The notes beneath the pieces are model-generated. The model worked only from the letters and a program-made list of their open reading frames with translations. It did no database searches and was not told where the DNA came from. A stretch of 62,911 nucleotides of DNA, filler included, from Globobulimina sp. (lineage: Eukaryota), in assembly GCA_003354225.1 (NCBI GenBank). It is 32 parts of 32 records of this genome, joined end to end, with 100 filler letters (N's around TTAATTAATTAA, not from the genome) between each part and the next. Parts side by side here need not be neighbours in the genome. Positions count along the whole stretch, not along the records: positions 47,268 to 49,135 come from PIVH01011073.1; positions 49,236 to 51,103 come from PIVH01011074.1; positions 51,204 to 53,071 come from PIVH01011075.1; positions 53,172 to 55,039 come from PIVH01011076.1; positions 55,140 to 57,007 come from PIVH01011077.1; positions 57,108 to 58,975 come from PIVH01011078.1; 26 more parts are not named here. One strand, written 5' to 3'. A program made the translations under genes and the position numbers. Shown one piece after another: positions 47,422 to 59,075 of this stretch; the stretch's first letter is position 1, and each line of letters opens with the position of its first letter.

Positions 47422-49125
47422 TTAATGATTAAAAAAAAATATAGTTTTATCCGCTAAATGTTGATGATTTAATTTATGTTTATATTTTTTATATTGATAT
47501 AATTGTTGAATAGTATACACAAAAATGATCCACGCCGAGATCGACACAAGAATAACAATATAAATCCCCCAAACAAGATATCCATTCACAGTAAAACATC
47601 CAATCGGTTTCCCAATGAGTTTATCCGTAATATGTTGAACATAACCATTCGGTCCACAAACTTGTGCATATGTTCGATTTAAAATCCATGATGAAACTTT
47701 TGATAATTCCAAAGAAGCAGCAATTGAAGCCACTGCAAAGACATCCAATGCCGACCACGCCATAAACGTTTGCATGCACACATTCAAATACTGTAAATAT
47801 CTATATCGCAAAGGCAAAAACCATATACTTAATTGTGTCATTACTAATAAAATTGGGAAAAATATGATCGTAGCAAATAAGCATAATGACAATAGTGGCG
47901 CAGCAGTATGCTCGTCCGTATGTGTCGGCACTTGCTTCACTATTTGCCATGGTGAAAAAGAGCGAATTGGATTGGAAATTGCCCAGCCAACCAGCCCTGT
48001 TATGTCATATCGAACAGGCGCTGTGAATACAGTGTATATGACACCATATAAGGTATAAATCATTGAGATTAATATCAACGATCGTAACAAAACAGTACAC
48101 ATTGAAGCAGGTACAAAACGAATAAATAATGGCCGCTTATCATTATCATCCATATCAATATCATATACATATACTGCATTGTCATATTCTTGTTCATTTT
48201 CTTTGCCTTTGTCTTTTAGTAATTTGGTAAGGTGCGGCTTAGCATATTTTGCATCAAAAAATAAAAATAAATGTGAAAATATCATCGAGATTGCAGTACC
48301 AATCACAAATGTATTCAAACCAATGTCTGGCTCGACAATGACTTTGATATTTACACCAATTCCTGAGATTTCTTTTGTGATCGACACATAGAAAGATACG
48401 ATCATATATAGCGACACAAATAAGTCAATAAAAGAGAATTTGCCCATTTGATCTAAAAATATCAGAGTCGCTTCACGGTATTCTTGTGATATTGGCACCA
48501 ACCAACAGATTACCAATAATATTAATTTTATATATGGCCAAATGCCGGAGAATACAGCGATTAATGTGGCCAATGCATAGCCTTTTGCCTGCCAGAAATC
48601 GGAGACAGATGAGACCAGAGAAAAATGGAAAACATTTAAATTTAATTCGAACTCTGAGATATCAGACAAATCGGAAAGATCTGGTATGTCATTAATGTCA
48701 ATCTCGTGCAAGAATAATGATATTTTATCCAAATTGGTTCGAGTTTCAAATTCATTTAAGAAGAATGACAATGAGTCCGCTGGGTTTGTATTATTTTTGC
48801 TTAGTTTTGCGAAAATAAAAGGGAACCATGCATCTATTTTATTGTTGTTATTATCCGATGGTAATATGGGTCGTACTTGCAATGATACCCATGCACCGTC
48901 TGAGGTATTGGACCAAATAAACAATATTATTGTTGATATTAATAACGTTGACATAAATACAACAAATGTTGTTGAGAAATAATGTGCCAATGAGAATTTT
49001 AAATTGGTTGCATCGTCTTCATCATGTGTTATTTCATCTGTTATTGCAGCATGTGGTGGAGCAACAGAACCGTTAATAGCAACGTTATTCATGGATTGCA
49101 TATAGAATCTTCTCCTTAGAAACAA
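47422..49125 (-). CDS. Paraquat-inducible protein A (PqiA)-like multi-pass membrane protein with two domains
   Basis: LATLIAVFSGIWPYIKL...GKFSFIDLFV and a second AWSALDVFAV motif. Confidence 0.8.
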   Translation of the reverse strand: MFLRRRFYMQSMNNVAINGSVAPPHAAITDEITHDEDDATNLKFSLAHYFSTTFVVFMSTLLISTIILFIWSNTSDGAWVSLQVRPILPSDNNNNKIDAWFPFIFAKLSKNNTNPADSLSFFLNEFETRTNLDKISLFLHEIDINDIPDLSDLSDISEFELNLNVFHFSLVSSVSDFWQAKGYALATLIAVFSGIWPYIKLILLVICWLVPISQEYREATLIFLDQMGKFSFIDLFVSLYMIVSFYVSITKEISGIGVNIKVIVEPDIGLNTFVIGTAISMIFSHLFLFFDAKYAKPHLTKLLKDKGKENEQEYDNAVYVYDIDMDDNDKRPLFIRFVPASMCTVLLRSLILISMIYTLYGVIYTVFTAPVRYDITGLVGWAISNPIRSFSPWQIVKQVPTHTDEHTAAPLLSLCLFATIIFFPILLVMTQLSIWFLPLRYRYLQYLNVCMQTFMAWSALDVFAVASIAASLELSKVSSWILNRTYAQVCGPNGYVQHITDKLIGKPIGCFTVNGYLVWGIYIVILVSISAWIIFVYTIQQLYQYKKYKHKLNHQHLADKTIFFFNH

Positions 49126-49302
49126 ACTAACTTAANNNNNNNNNNNNNNNNNNNNNNNNNNNNNNNNNNNNNNNNNNNNTTAATTAATTAANNNNNNNNN
49201 NNNNNNNNNNNNNNNNNNNNNNNNNNNNNNNNNNNTGAGGTCATTGTGAACCTAGAGTTTTTTACTTGAGTTATAGATTTTTATTTGGTTGAGCATAATA
49301 TA

Positions 49303-51103
49303 ATGTCACTGCAATTGCTGATCCACACTTTCATTTTCTTTACGGCACATTCATTTTTCCCACATGAAATCCAGCAATTAAAAGAATCTGCACAGAACGC
49401 ACTACACATAAACCCAAAACGATTCTTGCTCACAAAAATCAATCATACCACAACCGCATTCAAAGGAAGTGATACCGGTTCATTAACACTCTCACCCTCA
49501 ATAATTACATCTGACACTGAATGGATTACAGTATCATGGAATAACATATCCTACACAGGAAAATATGATTGGATCGGTCTATTCAAGTTACATTTACACC
49601 ACAAATTATTACATTTACACCACAAAACCCTGCGAAATAACCACACAGTGCATCTGCAGCAGACACATCATACGCAGCGCCACCATTGAAATACCAATAT
49701 ATATGTCCAGCGTACAAAGGCTGTTCTTACGCGCCAGCATCCGGTTCATTAAAATTCAAAATATTAAACCGACGAACAGCATATATCTTTGCCTATGTTA
49801 CTGAATCCAATCCATACCGTGAAATCAAAGGGGTCTCCGCGCCAATTTCCTATCATGACAATGATTTATATGCGCCAATGCATGTTCATATTGCTGCGCC
49901 ATCCTCGCCAGTCAATGTCAAATGTGGTATTACGAATTCCTGTATGCAAGTCATGTGGATTCAGAAACAGGTCAATACTCCGCTCATTAAATATGGTGTC
50001 TCGCCCAGCAACTTCCAATTCAGTATTCCAGCAGCAGATAAATGCAAATTATCAGCAAATAACTTCTGTGGACAGCAATATGGACTTCCAGCTGGAACCT
50101 CTGGTTACTTTGACACTGGTTATATGATAACGGCTTATTTATTAACTTTGCAACCTGACACCGTCTATTTCTATCAGTTAATATACATTTTTTTTGCTGT
50201 TTTAACATATTTTTGTACGGCACGTATTACAGAGTTGGCGATGAAATGTATGGTTGGACAGAAATATATAATTTCACATCCAACCCTTTATATGGTGCGT
50301 TAACGCGACGCGGCGATATTCGAATGATTATCTTTGGTGATTTGGGCAATGTGGCCATCGATTATTCCATGCATCATTCGTGGGACTTTGGCAACAGAGG
50401 CGAGATATACTCAATCAATACGACGAAGACTATGGATTTATTCACCAACGGATATAAGGAATTTGCTGATGTAGTCGTTCATATTGGTGATATTTCATAC
50501 GCTGTGGGGTTCTTATCGGAATGGGATGACTTTTTACATCAAATCGAGCCGATCGCAGCTCACATTCCATGGATGACAGGCATTGGCAATCACGAATATA
50601 GCTGGACGGGAGAGTGGAAACCGCCGATTGAGGCTGTAACGGCAGATGCTTTTGGCAACGCAGATGGTGGCGGCGAATGTGGTGTGCCGTACAATTTTTA
50701 TTTTCCGTTTGCTAATTGGAACCAAGCTGAATCTCGGAAAGCAATGTACGACCCAAATATTGTGCAGCCGTGGTACGTATTTGATTATGGCATGGTTCGT
50801 ACGATTATGGTGTCGACGGAACACGATTTCAGCCGCGACAGTGTGCAGTATGCATGGATTAAGAATACGTTACATGCTACAGATCGTGCATTGTTTCCGT
50901 GGGTGTTTGTGACTGGACATCGTCCCATGTACACCAATGATGACTGGGATGGGGATGTCAGCACTGCTCGATATATAAGGGAGTGTTTGGAGGAATTGAT
51001 GGATGATTTTGGTGTTGCTTTAGGGTTCTGGGGCCATCAGCATTCGTATGGGCGGACCTGCCCTGTTTATAATGGAGAATGTAAAGAGGACGGGGCTGCC
51101 GCC
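49303..51103 (+). CDS. Secreted purple acid phosphatase (Fn3 + metallophosphoesterase); introns 49587-49648 and 50177-50232; 3'-partial
   Basis: GDLG, GDISYA, GNHE, GHRPMY and GHQHSY motifs; signal peptide; both introns restore the frame. Confidence 0.93.
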
Positions 51104-51203
51104 NNNNNNNNNNNNNNNNNNNNNNNNNNNNNNNNNNNNNNNNNNNNTTAATTAATTAANNNNNNNNNNNNNNNNNNNNNNNNNNNNNNNNNNNNNNNNN
51201 NNN

Positions 51204-52217
51204 CAAAGTTTCAAAACACAAATAATTCATTTAAAGTCGCACTGTAAAGACTTTGATGCCAAGTATTTGATTCCCAGCGAAGACGAATACCTCTCCTCCT
51301 TATCCTATTACGCCAAGGAAATCATTCAAATCTGTCGCAAATTCCGTTTCCCGCATTATGTCTCTTGTACAGCAGTGGCATACTTCAAACGTTTTTTTTT
51401 GAATGAAAAGTATAACTTAATCAATATCGATGCGATGTGCATGAAAGATACGGCAATTTATTTAGCCTCCAAAACAGAGCAGTCATTGTTTACAGGAATC
51501 GACCAATTAACGGACGTCACCAAAATCCCATCATCGCAGGTGGTCAATCACGAGTTGGTGTTGTTGGATGGCATCAACTTTCAATTGAAAATATGGAATC
51601 CCTTCAGGTCATTTCGGAGCTTCTTGTCAGATTTTAAAATTATATGGAAAAAGAAGGAAAAATGTGTATTGGACAAAGTTTACGAGCAACAAATCACAAA
51701 ACAAGGATATGAGCTGATTCAGGACAGTTTTATCAGCGATGTGTGTTTAATATACACGCCGTCACAGATTGCGTTGTCGTGCTTGTTGTTGGTGATAAGT
51801 TGTGTTGATGTCAAAATTAACAATAATAAGAAAATAGAAAACGATATCTGTCAACTTAAGAAAATGTCGATATATTACTTTGATTTTCGGTTTAATGAAA
51901 GCAAGGAAAGGAAGGAGAAATTGAAGGAGACCACCAAGGTTATACAGAATATGATTATCGATGGGATAAATAAAACGAACCATACCAACTATGCCAAATT
52001 GCAAAAGAATGCGAATACGAAAATATTTAAATTACAGAGATTATTGTATCAAATTAAAAATAAATCGCACTCAAACAATCAGAACAATAATAAGAGTCAT
52101 GTTAAAAAGGAGAAAAAGAAAAAAATTAAATTAAGACTATCAAATAAGAAACGGAAAGCTGGCAATAATAAGAATAATGGCGGTTTGCCTCCAAAAAAAA
52201 GGCAGAAAAAGCAATGA
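51204..52217 (+). CDS. CCNH: Cyclin H (5'-partial)
   Basis: TAVAYFKRFFL, IYLASKTE, ELVLLDGINFQLKIWNPFR and YTPSQIAL; basic NLS-like tail. Confidence 0.82.
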   Translation, partial: QSFKTQIIHLKSHCKDFDAKYLIPSEDEYLSSLSYYAKEIIQICRKFRFPHYVSCTAVAYFKRFFLNEKYNLINIDAMCMKDTAIYLASKTEQSLFTGIDQLTDVTKIPSSQVVNHELVLLDGINFQLKIWNPFRSFRSFLSDFKIIWKKKEKCVLDKVYEQQITKQGYELIQDSFISDVCLIYTPSQIALSCLLLVISCVDVKINNNKKIENDICQLKKMSIYYFDFRFNESKERKEKLKETTKVIQNMIIDGINKTNHTNYAKLQKNANTKIFKLQRLLYQIKNKSHSNNQNNNKSHVKKEKKKKIKLRLSNKKRKAGNNKNNGGLPPKKRQKKQ

Positions 52218-52338
52218 GACTTAGTTGGTTTTGCAGTGAGCTACTCCTTGCACCAAATAAACAATTTGTTACTCTGAAAACTTCAAAGTTAACCTCTAAG
52301 GATCATCTCATTTTGGAAGTGGCTTAAAATTATCAATT

Positions 52339-52715
52339 ATGCCATTGGTATGATGATTGCACAGATAGGTGATACGTATACACGTCACAGTCGACCAAAA
52401 TTACATATGCATTAAAATGCAAACAAATATTTAGAACGGTGCATTATTTAATTTACAACCATTATTGGCGGCATTCTTGCTTCTAATCTGTGGATGTGCT
52501 TATATGAGAACGCATTTTCCGAAATTAATTGACAGATACAAAACTGGGTTAATTATATCATTACACATCAATCAAATCAAACATTTTACATCTTTGCAAA
52601 ACAATATCACAGATTCTCAAGCGTATTTTGGAAATCAGCAAGAATTGGAGAAAGACTCAGTCCGCTTGTCTCTGTATGCTGTCTCATAATGGGATTTGCT
52701 GTTTTATATAGATAG
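52339..52715 (+). CDS. TMEM167: Protein kish (TMEM167), three exons; introns 52348-52434 and 52548-52612
   Basis: Spliced product [28 protein letters not shown]...[30 protein letters not shown]. Confidence 0.92.
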
Positions 52716-53171
52716 AATCCATTAAAAACACTCTTATTACAGCTACATTAACCTTTCTTTTTATCGCATTAATTATAGCATCTTGTTGCAATTGCACTTT
52801 AATCCTAAAGTCCTAAAGCTCTCAATAACGTTTCGGATTTTCTGTTTTGTTATAGAAACAACGTTGTTTACATTTGACTTTTTAGGTTCACACTTCTAAT
52901 GTAACCCCCCCATTTTAGATAACCCCGCCATGTACAAGAATACTAAAATAACAAGAATATGTAACCAAGCTGAAAGCAACAAGAAATAGTTGATGAAGCA
53001 AAGTGATATAATTTGTTCAGTCTTGTTGCAAGGACTTCTTTTTTTAATACAAAATTTAAATCTTATGGATTNNNNNNNNNNNNNNNNNNNNNNNNNNNNN
53101 NNNNNNNNNNNNNNNTTAATTAATTAANNNNNNNNNNNNNNNNNNNNNNNNNNNNNNNNNNNNNNNNNNNN

Positions 53172-54804
53172 ATCATCGTAGACGCGGAATTTCTGCACCG
53201 ATAAATAGGTAAATAAGCCCAAGTAACATATGTACAGCACAATGCCCGTAATATAGGAACCTGTATATTTATTTTGACAGGAAAACGTCTGCTATTTTCC
53301 TGGTTGGATGGATGTATATTATTATGTACCTAATGGGGTCAAATAGAATGGCGCAGAAAACATTTTCTTCCAAATCAATTTCAATGATAATGGGTCGATT
53401 TGAAACGCGTCATTCCGATTATGCGGGGTTAAGAATTCAAACTTATTCATAATCGATGTGGTCACTCTTTCGACGCGGTTATTGGCCACAAATGAGCCTA
53501 ATTTATATTTCAACGCCATGCCTAAAGCTGATAGCCCTTCGATGTCGGACTTAACTTCCAATAACACAGTCGCTAAATGGTCGGATTCGATCAATGATAT
53601 GTAATCCATTGCTGCCTCAACATAGCTGTCCGCAATATTTGCAAACAATTCACCTGTTTATAAACAAAAACGTTACTCATTTGTTACTCTGCGGTGTGGC
53701 TGGAAAACAGCCCAAATACCCGACCCTCACATTGTTTTTATCCCAATTAATCAACGGGTATTTGGACAGATATTTATATATAATACCTCTGGCCACGTCG
53801 TAGGCGGCTCTGTCATTGAACCATTTCGCAATTCGCAAAGCAGCGCAAACCGGATACTGCGATCCAATCACAATGCTTTGACACACTTTGTCTAATTTTT
53901 CAGAATTAAACCGCGTTAAAACAAACCTATACTTCTCCAGCAAGCCAATAGCCACCGAACCAGGCGTAAACTCCGCCACTTTTCGAAAGATTAACCACAT
54001 CGATTTGGACGGATACGTCTTCAACGAAGAGATGATGATAAACCACCATATGACCGCATCGGCGTAGACGTTAAAATCCATCAATAACTCTGCCAAATCT
54101 TTCTTTTTTATGCGGTCGATGTTATGATAATATTCGATGTACACTGCAGACACAGATATGGATAGACCGAGTTCCTCCGCAACGATCTCCGCCGAGGGTT
54201 CCATGCCTTGAGTGTCCACATAATGGTCAATCCACAATATTTTGTCCCATTTATTGATAAATAAATGAATGCGCCGTCGCATCTCAATTAAGTCATTTAT
54301 GCCGGTTTCTTTGGCAGAATATTCGTCCACATCTTCATGAGCGCGCAATTGCAATTTGGTTATTTCACGAAATAATTTCTCGATCAATGGCGCATTATCG
54401 GCGTCGTCTTCATTGATAGCTAATTTCGAGCCTGCTTTATACGGTTTGGATTCATCAAATAATTCACTCACAGTGATGTCTAATAAATCTTCGCCAGAAA
54501 TGCCTTGTTTCATAGATATGGGATCGCGGACATCAAACACAATAAGAAAGGAGGACAATGATTTCTTTTCTAACCATAATTTGACTTGCTCCCAATCCCA
54601 ATATTTGGGATTCCCGCTAATACGATCACTCAATATATCCTCGGCTGACATTATATTTCGATTTTGGCCGGTTAACTCGCGTGATTTATGCGTGGAAAAA
54701 CTGCCAAATGTGTCAGATATACTACTATCGGAGTCGTCTTCGTTGACATTGTCGTACTTATTTTCAGCTAACTGTTGATGAGTAGTTAACTCTGTCGCTG
54801 CCAT
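53172..54804 (-). CDS. SAM-domain-containing TRP-like cation channel N-terminus; introns 53654-53786 and 53261-53329; 3'-partial
   Basis: SAM: WDWEQVKLWL...ISGEDLLDI. TRP-like pre-S1: ALGMALKYKLGSFVAN...FYLTPLGSYITGIVLYICYLGLFTY. Confidence 0.6.
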
Positions 54805-55140
54805 GTTGCAAACTCTTTTTTTTCTCTAATTTTAAGCTTACTAAGATGTAGAATTATCTGATGGAAATCCATTATCAGAAGAGATTGCAACCGCAGCTGC
54901 AAAAAATTATAATTATTTCGCATCTCATAATCGACAATCGCCGCAATTCACCGCGTGCAATTAATCCATTTTTTCTGAATTCTGTTGTTATTCGTCTCGA
55001 CTTTTACCCACGAATTAATCGAAAAGCAAAATTAAAGATNNNNNNNNNNNNNNNNNNNNNNNNNNNNNNNNNNNNNNNNNNNNTTAATTAATTAANNNNN
55101 NNNNNNNNNNNNNNNNNNNNNNNNNNNNNNNNNNNNNNNA

Positions 55141-56055
<915 letters not shown>

Positions 56056-56311
56056 ATTACTTTTATGTCTTATAACATTACATATTCATATACATACATA
56101 TATTATAGCAAGGAGCAAATCTAGATATTTTCTTTTTGTTTTTGGGGATTATTTAGTTTTTGTTTCTATTATTTTCTTTTGAAATTAATTATTTAATTGA
56201 ATTTGAGATTTATTTCTGTTCCGAAAATACGAAAAAGTATACATTTTTTTCATAAACTCACAGCAACCTTCAGTTTGACACAGTGTGCTCTGTGCTTTAG
56301 ATAACCATATA

Positions 56312-56403
56312 CCTTCCAATATGTGTCCAAAAAAAGACTCCAAAGAAACAACCCCTAATATGGGACAAATAAAGAATTTTTTTTTAGGACACATATTGGA
56401 AGG
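56312..56403. mobile_element. MITE-like element C with ~24-bp TIRs
   Basis: CCTTCCAATATGTGTCCAAAAAAA / TTTTTTTAGGACACATATTGGAAGG; TA on the left flank only. Confidence 0.7.
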
Positions 56404-56597
56404 ACCTAAACTACAGTGTGTGGCATCAGATTTTGGACCATCAGACACCCCTAAATATTTTTTTTGGCACAATGAGTTTTTTTGGTCGATCCACCTGTGA
56501 TACTACCGATGAAATAATAGATCGATCCGATCGATGACACCCAACATTTTTATCTGTTAATTCTGTTTGATTTGTGCCATTCGTTACATATATCACT

Positions 56598-57007
56598 TTA
56601 TTTTTTATTTACTGTTCGCACTGTGATTTGTGTGATAATTCCGAGAGCGCCAAATGAGACTCTCGCTGAATCAAAAAAGTCTTTATTAAATGTGTTATTT
56701 GCTTCAATAACTGTTCCATTCGAAGTAACCATTCTTAAATGAATCACGTTTGTAGCCCCTAAACGAACGGGATTTTTCAGAGTGCCCATCCCATGAGTTC
56801 CTGTCATGATATTCTCCACGAAATTGGACGCCGGTGTTCCTGTCCAATGAGGCAATGTCAAATTATATATTTCTAAATATTCAAAGACTTCAAATGTACT
56901 TAATCCTGCTTCAAATATTCGATTCAATGATATCCTTCATATTTACAGACATATTAATTATAAATAATTGTTGCTCGATTTGTGTATTTTCTTCCATCAT
57001 ATTCACC
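56598..57007 (-). CDS. FAD-linked oxidase (L-gulonolactone/D-arabinonolactone oxidase-like) fragment
   Basis: EAGL, IMTGTHGMG, LRMVTSNGTVI and ARVSFGALGIITQIT; may be truncated or a pseudogene. Confidence 0.75.
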
Positions 57008-57107
57008 NNNNNNNNNNNNNNNNNNNNNNNNNNNNNNNNNNNNNNNNNNNNTTAATTAATTAANNNNNNNNNNNNNNNNNNNNNNNNNNNNNNNNNNNNN
57101 NNNNNNN

Positions 57108-57674
57108 CCAAATACACGATCAACACCATCAACACCACAGAAAATATATCAACACCACAGCTTGCAAAATGTGGCATCATCGTCAGCACAGCGCGTGGAA
57201 TATGTAACAATGCCAAATACACCAAAAACACCAGAAACACCAAAACAAAACATTTTCTATGAAAAGAAAGCAATAAGTCTCGGATCTTACGCTGCTGCAA
57301 TGGATAAAAAAGGAAAAAAGAAAGATGTAGAAGCACCACCACCTTATAATCCGCAATACGATTCATTGGCGAATATTGGGCCTGGTGTTTCTTTTGGTGT
57401 TCCGGCTGCCGCATTCAATGCGAATGTAAATGATGAGAATGTGAATCAAAGTGCCATTGCAAAATGGAATAGAGATGATATCATAGCATGGATATATAGC
57501 ATTAGTTTGTCACCTCAATGGAAAGAAATTGTAATTAATTGTGTTTTAAACGGACAATATGATGGGAATGATATTTTAAAAATAAATTCTGGTGCAGATA
57601 TTGCTAAATTGTTTGCTATACGAAATCCTATGTTATGTAGCAGATTATGGAAGGAATTAAAAAAAATCAAATAA
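57108..57674 (+). CDS. Protein with C-terminal SAM domain (5'-partial)
   Basis: KWNRDDIIAWI...YDGNDILKI...RLWKELKKIK. Confidence 0.7.
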   Translation, partial: PNTRSTPSTPQKIYQHHSLQNVASSSAQRVEYVTMPNTPKTPETPKQNIFYEKKAISLGSYAAAMDKKGKKKDVEAPPPYNPQYDSLANIGPGVSFGVPAAAFNANVNDENVNQSAIAKWNRDDIIAWIYSISLSPQWKEIVINCVLNGQYDGNDILKINSGADIAKLFAIRNPMLCSRLWKELKKIK

Positions 57675-57888
57675 TTTATTTGTTTTGCTTTTGTTGGGGA
57701 ATGAGGCTCTTCAAACAAAAAAAATATATTTTTTATAATTTTAAATTTAATTTTAGTATTTCTATTCTTTTTTTCTATATACAAGTCTTGGTATACTTTC
57801 CCGTACTTCTGTTTAGTTTTTAGATTATCCTCGCACACCAGGGAGATGGTGATAAGGGAATTAAAGACGTAATTATCCTCGCACACCA

Positions 57889-58004
57889 TGGTAAAAGACG
57901 TAATTAAAATTGGACCCTAGGTCCTAGGTCCATTTCATCCGTAAGAACTTGTAAGAATGCAGGACCTAGGACGTAGGGTCCAATTTTAATTACGTCATTT
58001 ACCA
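57889..58004. mobile_element. MITE-like element D with 43-bp near-perfect TIRs
   Basis: TGGTAAAAGACGTAATTAAAATTGGACCCTAGGTCCTAGGTCC and its reverse complement with 2 mismatches; adjacent direct repeat ATTATCCTCGCACACCA x2. Confidence 0.8.
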
Positions 58005-58185
58005 ACATCCTTATTATTTGTCCATTACACTGCGATGACTGCGATCTGAAAACTGGAAAACGCACGCAACAAAATGTGGTATCATAGTGCATTTAGTGAT
58101 AGATAGCGACAATTAAAAAATCCAAAACTGATCAAATAGATAACGACAATTAAAAATAGATAGCAATCTTAAAAAATAGAAGTAG

Positions 58186-58975
58186 TTATTTTTTTCTTCT
58201 CACTACTTGCTTAACAATAATTTTCATTTCTTGTGCATTTAAAACGTGACCAAAACATTGCTTCACCGATAACCTTTCATCCTGCAATAACTGTATACTG
58301 TGTAACGACAATCTAACTTCGCATATTAATTTAACAAACTTATTTGATGGATGTTTACACAAAATATACACATTCATATATCGATAATTATGTATATTCT
58401 TATAATCCTTGTTAAAATTATTCACAATTTTACAAATCCTAAATTTCTTCTCAATTGCTTTAAATCCATTCATTAAATCAGTAATATTTTCAAACGACAA
58501 TGTACATTTACAAAAATCCAAAATTCGAGCCGCTTTTGGTGAAGATTTTTTATTTAATTCATGCGTCATAACTTCATAACATCTCCGTTCGCGTTTAATC
58601 GGTGCATCAAAGTGTTCAACATTGCAATTTAAAGGTTTTACTGCAACTTTTATTTGATTCTGAAAGAATGGATTTAATTTTTTTGCTAAACATAAACAAA
58701 ATAACAGATAACATTCATCAAAATCGCCAGACTTTTTAGTAGGTTTTGGTATATGTGATATGTGTCGATGTTGACAGACAAAACCAAAGCCCTTTACATC
58801 GTACTTATTATTGTCCCGTGGTCCCCAGGTCGGTTTCCCCTGCACTTTGTCAGCAGTTTGCGAATTTATCTCTGTTAGAACATTATTTCTCGTTCGAATG
58901 TTTATCAAATCATTAAAATATTTATCTTTATACAACACATTATTATAATACTCATTCAATGAATCGTCTATTCGC
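58186..58975 (-). CDS. RelA/SpoT-like nucleotidyltransferase-domain protein (5'-partial, motifs degenerate)
   Basis: APIKRERRC, RILDFCKCTLSF, KIVNNF, NYRYMNVYI and ICEVRL occur in RelA_SpoT motif order. Confidence 0.65.
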
Positions 58976-59075
58976 NNNNNNNNNNNNNNNNNNNNNNNNN
59001 NNNNNNNNNNNNNNNNNNNTTAATTAATTAANNNNNNNNNNNNNNNNNNNNNNNNNNNNNNNNNNNNNNNNNNNN

